Positions 38,354 through 50,080 of a DNA stretch of 64,000 nucleotides are shown one piece after another. The stretch's first letter is position 1. Every line of letters begins with the position of its first letter. The translations under genes were made by a program, and so were the position numbers. The notes under the pieces were generated by a model. It saw only the letters and a list, made by a program, of their open reading frames with translations. It did not search any database and was not told the origin of the DNA. The DNA comes from Peribolospora baueri (lineage: Eukaryota): positions 1 to 64,000 of the forward strand of contig JAMDHS010000012.1 in NCBI GenBank assembly GCA_029717555.1. Reading direction: 5' to 3'.

Positions 38354-41300
38354 ATGCCCGGGTCAACTACATCTCGCCCTCTCTTCGAAGGAGTCGTCTA
38401 TTACTTCCATCCGAGCCTCGATCACGAGCAAACGTCCCATGTGAGAGGCGATGCGCTTCAGTTGCTCGCAGCACTCAGCAACTCTCGTTAATGCGTTCTT
38501 ATGTTTCTTCTTCCAGCTGAGTTCTATTCTCAAACCAAATGGGGCCCGGGAAACGACCACTCTTGCTTTCGTCGACGCCCCTGGTGGAAACGGTCTCGCG
38601 ATGACACATGTGATCTCCAATCATGTGGACTTTAAGGAGTATCAGGAGTGCTTGCGAAGGGGCGTAAACGTCGTAACTGTGAGTGTGAAATCAGATGTGA
38701 TGGAAGTTATTTCTAGAATGTAGAACAAGGCTTGGAGCCGACGTGCGGCAAGTGCAACCCTGGGTCGGCACGCATGCCCGTGCCCTCGCCGATGGAGACT
38801 GGAAAGAGTTGGGAGGATGGGAGTGCTCACTACTATTCCGTTCTTTTTTGCTGTGATCCATTATCATTTAGGACAAATGGGTAACGCGGTCGTGGCATAT
38901 TGGGATCCTGCAGCAGTGAGTCTCTGTCCAGTCGTGGTGTTCCCGGACCTCACGCTGACGCCGACTGCCCTTCCTTAGGCCAAAATTCTTCTCACCCGAT
39001 CCTGCCCTCATCTTCTCGGGTGTTGTTGTATGCACTTCTGGGGTGAGAACCAGCGTCGCCATGCACTTGCTCTACACTCGCGCGACACTGACGCTCGCAC
39101 CCTCTCGCCGACCAGTTACCTGTAACGGACAGCGAAGCTATCTGCGCTGGTGTCGCGTCCCTCGGTGGCGCCTGGCGCGAATTCTTGACAAAAGAGGTCA
39201 CGCATTTGATATGTCTCAACGGGTCCAGCGTGAGTCCCAGAGGACGAAGGACCCATGCTCGAGTCAGACCTAACATCTTGAAACTGATGTTTATGCAGAC
39301 GAAGTACAAAACGGCTCTTATGAATCCGTCCGCCGGGATTAAGATCGTGTTGCCACACTGGTGGGTTTGAGTCGTGCGCCAGCGCTCACAGGCAACCAAT
39401 ATCATCCCTGACTTAAGTACTTTCAACGACCTTTACCGGCTATCACCAGGTTTGACGACTGTTTCAAACTTCAACGGCTTGTTCCAGAGGATCCTTATAT
39501 GTTCCCCAATCCGCCTCTGCTCTCCCGTGAGAAATGGGGTTCTGACGTTTTGTGTGATCCAGCTCCGCCTTCTCGTCTCGCAAACCCTACGTCAAATTCG
39601 CCAGCGCGCAAAGACGTTGCTCGGGAGGCCTATTATGCCTCAGTTCAGCAAGCCAATGCAGACGTTGCTCGAAGGGCTTATAATACTTCAATGCAGCAAG
39701 CTAACGCGGACACCGGTTCCAGTCAAGCCAGGATCAAGGAGAAGGGATTCAATGGGCTGACGCCTCGCTCCAACGTGTTGCAAGGAAAAAAAGTTCTCCT
39801 GAGCTCGCAGCTCGGCATGAAGGGCGGTTTGCTCGACGCATACGAGGATCGGATACGCGCTGCCGGAGGTGAGCCTAAGCGCCCGGGTACGCCGATAAAG
39901 GAGGTGGACATCGTCGTTTGCAAGGAAAGGGCAGGAGCAGAGTACCTCGAGGTTAGTTTCAAAGCCAGGCGTGAAAGATCTCAGCGTAGATTGAGTCGTT
40001 GGTGACGATATTCTTCGTATCGAACGGCTCTCTCCCATCCGCAGGCCTACGCTGAGGAGAAGGTCGTGGGCACGCTCGCCTGGCTGTGCACGCTGTTCGC
40101 CACCGGCGTATTCACAAGTTCGAAGGAAAAGCTGTTACACTACCCTATCCCGCCGACTCCAGCCGAAGGATTTGAAGGGCTTGTAGGTTTCCGCTCTCGT
40201 GGAAATTAGATGGCTTATAAGCCGAGGGTTGATGTCTCACCCTGTTCTTCTCGACCCCCGCGACGGATAGGTCATTACGATTACAAATTATACCGGAACA
40301 GCGCGCGCGTACTTAAAGGATTTGATTTCCAAGACGGGTGCTCAGTTCACGCCGACGATGAGCCATGCCAACACGCATGTCATTGCTGCCAGGTGAGCAA
40401 GGCTGTCTCGTTACTTTTGACTATCACTTCCGCGCTCAGCCTTCGTCTGGACTCACACTTTGTTGACGACGTCTCGGCTCCAGCAAATCTGGTGAAAAGG
40501 TGGCTCGAGCCGAGGAGTGGAATATCATTATCGTCAATCATCTCTGGCTGGAGCAATGTTTTATCAAGTGGGTCAGACTCAGCGAGGCCAATCCCCGGTT
40601 CACAAGCTATCCGCCAGGCATCAACTATATGCAAGTCCTCGGTGACGCCCACCTCACGGACCAGGACCTCCAACCTTGGGCCATGCCTGCAACCTCCGGC
40701 TCGAGCTTGCCTGCAAGCCCGGTTAAGGATGAGACAGACGCATACAGGTTCGACTCGAATGGAGATGCCCGCATGACGGATATGAACGGTCGCTCGTCGA
40801 CGCAAATGCGTGTTCTCTCTGGAACGGCAGAGCAAGATGACACTAGCTCCTATCCACCAAAGTCTCGGACGATTCTCTCCAACTCCAATGCCCGGCCTGT
40901 ATCTGCTCAGGCTGACGATGCCGTATCGACGACTAGTTCGGGGAGTAAGGACATTCAAGGCAGCGTCGCTTCGATCACCGGCACCTCCAAGTCGACCTCA
41001 CGGCAGAAGAGGAGTCTAACACCTGTGACGACCCCACGCGCCTCGAATTTGGAGCGGGACACCGATGCGTCCAATGTGCTACCTGCAATGTCACGTCGAC
41101 GGGCCGCCCAAGCCGCGGAAGACAAGCTGCACAACGAAATCATGCCGGACGCAATCCGCTGGGAGTCGGAGAAGCGGCGGAAATCACCAAGGAGCCCGAT
41201 GGAGCGGACGCCCAAGAAACGTGGTCGCAGAGAACATCCATCAGAGGCACATGGTGATGGCGGCACGACCCCTCCGACCAAGAAGGGACGGGCTACTGCC

Positions 41301-42391
41301 TATCTTAAAAGGCAGAAGCGGAAGAGCTCGTCGCCGAATTCAACAGAAGTCGAGAGCGACGATGAAGGGGAAGCCGTCGATGAAGCACGAAGGTAAGCAG
41401 TGTGCGCCCGGGATGGCCTGTGTTCACGCTTGCATTAGAGGCTGACCAAGCTTTGTGATTCGACGTAGAACGAAAAGTGGTCGTTCACGGCCAAGCCAAA
41501 ACAACACGGTGCGAGACACTCAAGCGAAGACTGCTGCGACGACGAAAGGAGTGCGATATTGCACAACCGGTGTTAAAGTTTCTGATGCTAACCAGAAGGT
41601 AAGGGCCCCATCAGGAGGACGGTCCTAAATTACGCTGTCGACTTATCTGAAACATCACATCCTTCCCATGGTATCTGCAGGCGCTCGCTCGACTAGGCGC
41701 AAAGCAAGTTTCGAACGTGACAGAGTGCACTCATCTCGTTTGCATGGGCATCAGTCGCACGGAAAAGTTCCTGTGTGCTGTCTCCCTAGCTCCGTTTATC
41801 GTAACGGAGAAATGGCTATTGGATTCGATCAAGAACAAGACCCTGCTCGGTGAGGGAACGACTACTTCGCTCAAGTTGCGAGTGAAAGAAGTGATACAGG
41901 TAATGACTCCCAAATTTCTTATTCCAGATGAGGCGGATTACCTTCTGCAGGACCCCACCAACGAGGCGAAGCACGGCGTCATCTTGGCCGACTCGCTTAC
42001 TCGTGCCAAGAAGGGAAAGTTGTTTGCTGGACACACCTTTTACGTCACACCGAAAGTGGAACCCAAATACGAGACGCTCCGCAAGATTGTCGAGACCGCT
42101 GGTGGAGAGGTGAGGGCGGATTTCAGGGCGTTGTCCCCGCTAATGAAGATGAAGAGACGGCTGCGCTGAAGCATTCTCCTGTTTCGCTCGATGTAGATCA
42201 GCAAGCAGCGCGTGACGACGAGACTAGCGGACCGCCGCGACCACCATGTCATCTCTTGCTCAGCAGATCGCCAAATCTGGGAGCCGCTGCGCGAGGGGCG
42301 CATCTCCATCTACACGTCGGAGATAATCCTTGTCTCGGTACTCAAGCAGAAAGCGGAGTGGGGCAAACATCGTTTGGAGGAGTGCGAGTGA
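38354..42391 (+). CDS. Multi-BRCT scaffold, Brc1/Rtt107/PTIP-like, about 12 exons
   Basis: LFEGVVYY; FFSPDPALIFSGVVVCTSGL...AICAGVASLGGAW...VTHLI...KY..A...IVLPHWFDDCFKL; LHYPIP; ITITNYTGTARAYL..LI..TGAQFTPTM...NTHVIAA; IVNHLWLEQCF; C-terminal pair CTHLV..GISRTEKFLCA..IVTEKWL and LFAGHTFYVTP..L.KIVETAGG. Confidence 0.85.
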
Positions 42392-42591
42392 ATTGTATGA
42401 ATGAATATCTTGTCATTTTCGCTCATCTGCTCCGTTCGATCGACTGCGATTTGCAAACCCATGTATTACTTCTTGTCTTGGTGTGGTCGGTAATTCAATA
42501 TGTAGCGGGGAGTTGATACCCTATTAAACGTTCGTCCAACCATACATGCACATTCAATGAAAAGGAAGACATCGAGCGGCAAGTCCAGTCA

Positions 42592-45500
42592 TCACTGCTC
42601 TCCTCTGCCATGCGGGTTGTTCTCCGGCTGCTGTCCCACGTTATCCCCTTGATAGAAAGCACGATCGCCGTCGTACCCTCTCGCAATGCCGCTCCGTCCT
42701 TCGATCAGTTGGCTCGGCTCGTCTTCCCCAAGCCGCTGTTCAAGGCCTCTCCAGCTGCGATTGGACAGAAATTCACCTGTTACGTGCACGAAGGAGCCAG
42801 CGATATGGAAGGGAAGAGAAAGAGAAGTGCAGAGGAAGAAGAATGGTGATTGGCACACAACATTATTCTTCCGCGCGTCTGAGCAAGCAAGCGATCCTCG
42901 AACCAATGTGCTCACCAGCAGCACTACCAAGAGCTTTTGATACTGTCCCATCCATGTTGCGAACGGCGACTTTGCCTGCTCGTTGCTGCTCCTCAAGCTC
43001 CTCTTCCGCCTTTTGGTCGTCCGAACCGTAATACCGTCGCGATTGCTTGTACTGGCCGGTAACGAGAGAGAAGTGTGGTCGGTCTTCATCGCCTTCGCCA
43101 TCCGAGTCTCGTTCGGAGAGTGCGCTTGGGCCTTGCCGACTTTGCTCGCCTTCAGAGCCTGTGGGAAAGCCACAAGACGTACGGCACAGCCAGCCAGCGA
43201 TAAGCGCGATGACATGTCAATAGAAAGCGGACTCGCTGACGTGTAGGCCTCGCTCACCTTCTATTTTTCCGTCTCCTGACCCACGCTCTTGGCTCGGCTG
43301 CTGCCCCACTAATCGTCCTTCCACGAGCTTTCCAAAATCCAACGCATACTCCGCGCTGTCCCACGCGCCCTCTCCCTTCAAAGCCATAACCAGCTCCCAA
43401 GGCGTGACGATAGGCTTGAAAAACTCCTTGGACTCAACGAGACTGTTTTCTGGACATGCCACGAGGACAAACGCTTCAATCTCCATGTAGTTGGCCAGCT
43501 TCGCCGGGTTGAGCTTGCCCACGCTGATCGTATACGTTTTCTTGTTCGAACGTTTGAGCAGTGTTCGGAGGTGGGTGATGAGGGGAAGGTAAGAGGCTGA
43601 ATGAATGCATGACAGGGGCAGAAGCAATCCGTCAACGGTTGGTCACGAAATGTATGGATCCAGTTCAAAGCGTGCGACCGCTGGATAAATAAAGCCAGCG
43701 CTCACCAACACCCAGAGTTCCCACGAGAATACCGATGACATCGGCATCCCTAGCTTTCTGGACGAGTGCGTATCTTCTCATCAGGAGTTTGTTCGACCGG
43801 GCGCTCGCCAAGCTCGTCTTTTCAGTGTGCGGATCGTGGGCGATGATCTGGAATGACGAGACATGATGCGAGACATAACGCGAAGGTACGCAATGAGAAC
43901 GTCGCTGACTGAGCGAGGACACCTCGGGTTCGAGATATGCCAACGCCAACTACCCACGTCGAGGCGCTAGGAGGATCTGACCGATAATGCAACTATCCGC
44001 TTACCGGGCAAGAAGGATGGGTTATGACCACATTCGTGAGAGCAAGACTCTCTCCCCCGACGTACAAGATGGCACACTCGTCAATAGACGACACGCCTTC
44101 TGGAAGAGCGTACGATCGAGGGGAAGAAGAGCCAGAAGGCTGGCGTGGGTCAGAGATTTGCTCCGGCACCGTGCTTACGCTGGTACCGTTGGGAGCCGAG
44201 CATGTAGTACACAATGCTGCCGGCTGGTCATCGCTATTGCCTTGGCCACTCGCTTGTCCTCCACAGCACCCTGAGGACTGGGGCGCCTTTCGCTCACAAG
44301 AGCACGTCGTAACTGGCCCTGAGCCAACGTTCGGGCTCGCTCCTTGGACCGCCTTCGCTTGTTGCCCTTCAGAAAAGCGGGTACCAAAGTTTGCCCGTCG
44401 GTCCAGCCTTGACAGAACGACGGGTACTTCAGCAGATTCACACGCTCGCTCTAGTTTCGAGCTCTCGCTAGAGAGCGCAGATGGTGAAGGAGACAAAGGT
44501 GCGGCACGCTTGGAGAGCTTGCGCTTAATTCCTCTGTGCAGTTCGTCTGCGATCGCGTCGATGCCGGACAGGAAAGATTGCGTGAGCAGAAATCGCAAGG
44601 TATTACTTTCGACAATATGGTTCACATACCCGTAGCGTGCGTGTAGCCAACGTCATACATGAGCACGATCGCCTTGACCTCCTTTCCCTTGCCGTCAGCC
44701 GCCGGATGCTCTCCGCTTGTCATATTGGAATACAGGGCTGGCAGATGTTGCTGCAGACCCTCGACAAGTCCGTCTATTGTCTGTTCTATGGAGATTGGCC
44801 GTTTGGTGAAGACGTAGATGGCGGGCAGACGCGATGCGCTGCCGAACAAAAGGGGCCAGGACGACGTCTCTACGGTTCAGAGCTCAGGTGAAAGCCACAG
44901 CAATTTGATATGTAGACAGAAGAACAGACACCGACGCTCACGGGCTCATGCATGCGTGTCCATAATGGACTACCAGGTCCGCATTGACGTGCTCGGCGGC
45001 GACTTCGTCGACACAACAGCTGCATGAAGAGGTAGGTAGAGCAACAGGCGTGTGCAATGAGCGTAAAAACAAAATTTCTCTTATGGGGTCGGCCCCAACC
45101 TGGGGCCAGTCACCACAACGTCTTCGTTCTACTCCACGTGCTCTCAACCAAATGCTCACCTCCCATAACTCGTATCTGCGAGCACGTAAAGGTTCGCCAT
45201 CGACTGCTTGGAGTCGTTCTTCGCACGCTCCTCCCCGCCCTCGGAAGCCCGCTGTGCTTTTCCACGCTCAGCTATGGCGCGCCTGAGCGCTTGATAGACT
45301 GGCACCGAGTCTATTAGGTTCTCGTCCGGAAATTGGAGCGCCACCTGTCGGCAAGTTGGAACCACAGAACCAGTAAATAAAAATTGGACAGCCAGTTTGG
45401 CTCCAAAACATCCTCTGCCTTCCTTCCTATCAACCGTCATGCGGCATGTAGTCCCTCACTCACAGCTCACCTGCTTAAAACCACCGTTGACGATCTCCTC

Positions 45501-45632
45501 GGCCGTGCTCTCAATCTCGTACAGCTCCGCTAACTCGCCACCTGCGGCGCCGAGAGTCGTAGCCGCCTGAGCTTCGTCCAGGTCCAGCGTACGAGAGATG
45601 GCGTCCTCTGCCGCTGTGGAAAAGGTGGCCAT
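42592..45632 (-). CDS. DPH2: Diphthamide biosynthesis protein 2, multi-exon
   Basis: [19 protein letters not shown]....[107 protein letters not shown] and RSWRGLE....GRSGIARGY. Confidence 0.92.
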
Positions 45633-46222
45633 ATTGTAGCATGTGGGATAAATATCCTCTTGCTGCCGCCTGCCTGTCTTCTCTTCTGCGTGAGCATCGA
45701 CTTTCGACGGTTGGACGAAACCGCAGTCGCACTGCGGGAACAATCACGTAGTCTAGCCCGGCGGCACTACCTCTCGTCCCAGGTCCTTCTCGTTCCTCGT
45801 TCCATCAGGGAAAGTCGTCCACCTTGGCCTCTAGAAACAATTTGGGCACAGGATGATGGGATAGAACGATCTAGTGGGTGCTGCTATACATGGAGCGCTA
45901 GCTGCTCGTATAGATCAATTAGATCGGGAGGCGAGACCACAGCGAATAACCGTCGCGAATGCTAGGTTTCCAAAAACACGGTGGGGCGTCACTGGGTTTC
46001 CATCCTTTGTCGTTTCGCAATCCTTTCGCGCGTTCCTCTCCTTGTCTTCGACGGCCTATCGCTCTTCGTTGCCGCAGGAAGCTCGGATGCTGGAGACGCC
46101 GAGACGCGGACGGTAGTAACCTTGCGAGCAATGCGTCTCAACTGACAGGGGAAGAGGGAAGGGAGGAGCGAACGAGATAAAGCAAAACAAACAAGAGCGT
46201 CGCATCGCATTAGTCGCTTCCT

Positions 46223-47185
46223 TTATCTAAACAAGAAGAGTTGAGATGACAGAGTTGAACCCACTACAATCGGCATCCTCGCCTGCTGCACCACCCATTG
46301 GCCGTCGACAGCGCTGCTCTGCGCTCGCGCTATCCTTTGGGCAGAAATTTTCGCAGTATCTTCAGCACCTCTGTCGCAAGGAAGGGGTAAAAGGAGAGGG
46401 GAGTGGATGATTAGCGATGTAAGATGACAGTGAAGAGAAAACCTTGCGCACCGTCCATCGACTAGGCTGACCGCCTCCCACAACTTCGTCCTATCGATAG
46501 CAATCCTCCTAAGCCCTATCCTCGTCTCCAAACCACTCCCTTCCGCTTCCTCTTCTCTTCCGCGCTGTTTGAATCCAACTCCGCTCTTTCCTTCCTCTCC
46601 ACAGCGACCGCCCATTCTTGGCCTGATGAGCCGAAAATCCACAACCCTCCTCTTCCTCCCTCGTTCATCCTTCTCCACCTCCACCCGATCATCAAATACA
46701 CCCTCAAGGTCGCGCTTGCGCTCCTTCTGTTTTACTTTTCGGAGACGTTCTTTCTCCTTTTTAGATAGCGGTGCGGTCGACGGCGTCGGGGTGGCCGGAG
46801 CAGGGAGATTCAGATGAACGAAGAGAAGAGCGCTCAGCTGATCCCAACGCTGCTCCTTGTCTGTCTCCATTGTCGTATCCGAGTCCCAGTCGTCCGTTCC
46901 ACCTTGCTCGTCGCCAGCGCCCGTGGCCGTTGTACTATCCTCGCTGCCATCGCCATCGTCCCTGCTTTCGCCGCCGATCGACTGTAATGCGAAAGCCCGA
47001 GAAACCTTGCGCACGGTGGTCGAGCCCACAACAGAGGTACGAGAGTGATGCGGATTGGCACCGAGTGGAGTGCTGTCGGTCAGAAGCAAATCATTTTCGC
47101 CAGCAGAAAGAAAAAAACCGAACGCATAAATAAAGATCGACTGCTCCCGTCGGATGGAGCATCGCTTCCTTTCCTCTCGAGCCAA
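46223..47185 (-). CDS. Hypothetical protein, probably spliced; exact ends unresolved
   Basis: 320-codon open frame with charged, protein-like segments (LSKKEKERLRKVKQKERKRDLEGVFDDRVEV; IGLRRIAIDRTKLWEAV) and internal GT/AG candidates. No family recognised. Confidence 0.4.
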   Translation of the reverse strand: MAREERKRCSIRREQSIFIYAFGFFLSAGENDLLLTDSTPLGANPHHSRTSVVGSTTVRKVSRAFALQSIGGESRDDGDGSEDSTTATGAGDEQGGTDDWDSDTTMETDKEQRWDQLSALLFVHLNLPAPATPTPSTAPLSKKEKERLRKVKQKERKRDLEGVFDDRVEVEKDERGRKRRVVDFRLIRPRMGGRCGEEGKSGVGFKQRGREEEAEGSGLETRIGLRRIAIDRTKLWEAVSLVDGRCARFSLHCHLTSLIIHSPLLLPLPCDRGAEDTAKISAQRIARAQSSAVDGQWVVQQARMPIVVGSTLSSQLFLFR

Positions 47186-47647
47186 ACTGGTTTGGCAGGG
47201 TGTAAAAGAGGACGCACCTGGTACAGCTTGCCATTTCGCTGCGCTCTTCCGCTACCTCATATCTCCTTTCCGATTTGTTCAGTCACTTGTGGGTATCTCG
47301 CGGTGAAGGTCGAGCGCATTGCACGTCAACCCGTGAATGGAGGTGGTGCCGCAGCAGGCACCTTGTTCGCGAAGGTCGGCCGGCGGATCTGACAGAACAT
47401 AACATCAACACGAACGCGACGGACAAGCTGCGACGACGACAGATGGGCGGAGAGGCCGACCCGTGAGTGCCCCCCTTTGCCCCATAGACGATCATTTGCA
47501 CCTCTCTTGATTTTGAGTGTCCTTATGCCGTCGAACGGGCTGACTAACTTCAAGGACGACTGCCACGTCCGCACCTTCGTCTATAAACGCCCCTATCTCA
47601 TCAACGATCGTCTCCTTCACTCGTCCGCCGCATTACTCCAACCAACT

Positions 47648-49360
47648 ATGCACGAGCCCAGCGCGTTTGAAAGCCACGCGGAGGAAGCGGCTTACTGGAA
47701 GGCAAAGGCTGCAGAGCTCCAAAACACTCTCGACGACACCGAGGCGGCGCTCGAGGAGTTTCAGCAGGAGAGCAAGCAATTTGAGCAGGAGCTCGAGAAG
47801 GAGCTCGCCTCTTCCGAAAAGAGACATGCGGACTTACAGGCTGGGAATGAGAGGTTGAGGGGCGAATGTGACGATTGGAAGGTGGGTGTTTGCGGGATAC
47901 ATTGTCGAGTCAAAGGCCTCAACCTGATATGTGATCCGCGACCGATCGCACCAGGCTAAGTATCAGCAAGCGCTCAAGGAGCACAATGCAACTCTCTCTC
48001 AAATGCAAAAGGAGCTGGAGACGCTCCGAGAGTCTCACAACGCGTACAAGGACCAGTTAAGGGACATGGAGCTTGACAATGATGCGTTGGAGAATGCTGA
48101 AAGGTGAGTAGCCATCTTGGAGCACTTGTGGCTTGAGCTTACACAATGGTTCGTGTTTTCTTCTCTTACCCGATGACAGGGCCGTTGCCTCCTCACTCGC
48201 GGACATGGAATCGCGGTACAACAGAGCCATCGAGCGGACGGCATTGTTGGAGGAGGAGCTCATCGAGAAGTCGAGGCTAGAGGAGGAGAATCAGCGATTA
48301 AGGGACGAGTTGAGGGGTGAGTCCAATGCGCCAGACTCGGATTCCAGTGTTTCTTACGCTCGTAGCTAACAGGAGGGATTGATCTCCCAACCGTGTGACT
48401 TCGACAGACCTGAGCGAAGAGGTGTCCGTAATGCGAGAGCAACGGTCCGCTAGCCACACGCCCTCAGCCAGCCCGGCGAACGACTCGCCTCAGCCCCGAC
48501 CAGTGTCTGAGCCAGTTTCAGAGCCGGAGCTCAGCTTGGCGGACTTGGTCGTGTCAACGAAGCCAAAGCCGAGGCCTACTTCCCCTAGGCGGACCAAGCC
48601 GTCGACGCCTTTCGAACAGGTCATGGACAAGACTCGGCCACGGTCGACTAGTCCGACTAAACCTGTGGGCCCGCTGCCGGGTCGTAGCATCTCGCCATCG
48701 AAAGTGCCGTTCAAACGGTCCTCCTCCGGCTCGCCAGATCCTTTGGCCAGCTCCATCCCTCGCTCGGTGTCCTCTCGGGCGCTGGCAACACATCTCACCG
48801 GCGTACCGTCTCCTCGAACCGCGGCACGCTTGCGGGTTGCGAGTGGCGGTGCGTCAAACCCGGTGAAAATGGTGCAAGACATGTCTGCTCGCGTGAAGGG
48901 TCTGGAGGCGCGCTTAGCCAGCGCGAGGAACTTGGCCAACTTACAAGGCAAAAGAGGGTCGGGCAGTGGCATTCCCCGACCGAGATCAAGCTTGCGGAGC
49001 AGCATCGGCCCATCCGATTCTGGCAGCACTTCAGGCAGTCCTGCGCATGCCCCTCCCTCTGCTATCTCTGGGCCGAGCAACCCGGCACTGGCGAGGACGG
49101 TAGCGCCAGGATCTGCTCCAGGGGGACGCGCAACTCCCATCGCTCCCTCCGCAGCTGCAGCTGCGGGTCTCAATCGGAGACGGAGCAGTGTAGGTCCATC
49201 CGATTCGCTTATCCCTGGCTCGGGCAACTCCTCTCTGCCTAGAGGTGTGAGCGGACGCACAACCCCTTCTGCTGTTGGTCCTGGACATTCGACATCGGGT
49301 GGACCGCTGAGGAGAAGTTTAAATCGGTCTAGCTGGGGCCGTCCGGCGCCTTCAAGTTGA
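47648..49360 (+). CDS. NUDE: NudE/Nde1 dynein regulator, 4 exons
   Basis: F.S..EE..YWK...LEEFQQES..FEQELEKEL coiled coil, LRDMELDNDALENAERA..SSL.D.E..YN.AIER.ALLEEEL...QRLRDELRDL..E, followed by a Ser/Pro-rich tail containing KMVQDM..RV..LE.RL. Confidence 0.9.
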
Positions 49361-50080
49361 TCGTCGACGCAGCATGTCTCGTCTGGGCGTCGCGCATCGT
49401 CGTGGCGCAGCTTCCTCCCGCCAGTGATCAGTCATTCGACGGCATATTTGATCGGCTCAGATGGATTGGACGCACTGCGTCCGCGTCCACTTCGTGCTGT
49501 CCAGTCCTTGCCCTCTCATCACCCTTCCTTTCGCCTTACCCTGCACCCCACCGTGTGCCCTCCGTATTTGTTCGTGTAGTACAACCTTATCTAGTCTATT
49601 TCAGATACCAGTCTAGCGAGCCTTGGAAGAGATGTCTTGCAATTGCGCCAGTAAGCGTCGATGGCCACTTCACGCCGACGGTTGGACCCCCGTCACATCA
49701 ATTCTCCTTCAACCTGCTGCCGCGCTTAAAGTGGGAACGCGGTCGAAACGAGGCGCTCCCACTCATCGCGCCACGACCACGTCCAACTGAGCCCGTCAGT
49801 CTCTAAAACGACCGCTGCAAATCCTCGTCGTCACTTCTTCCACTTGTGGCTGCACTTTGGGAAGGAGTACGGCGCCTAGTGTACGCGACTGGCGGCGGCG
49901 TGCGCGAGTCACGTGCAAGCGTGCACGGCATCTCTCGCGCGCAACGTCCGGCCAAGCCACGATGGAGGTTCGCGACCTTGATCGCCATCGCCACCGACAA
50001 TAGCCACCTCGCAGTTCCTGGTGTGCCATCGCACCTCGAGACGTTTGGACACCCCCTCACATCCCTTGCAGTCGCCCCCT

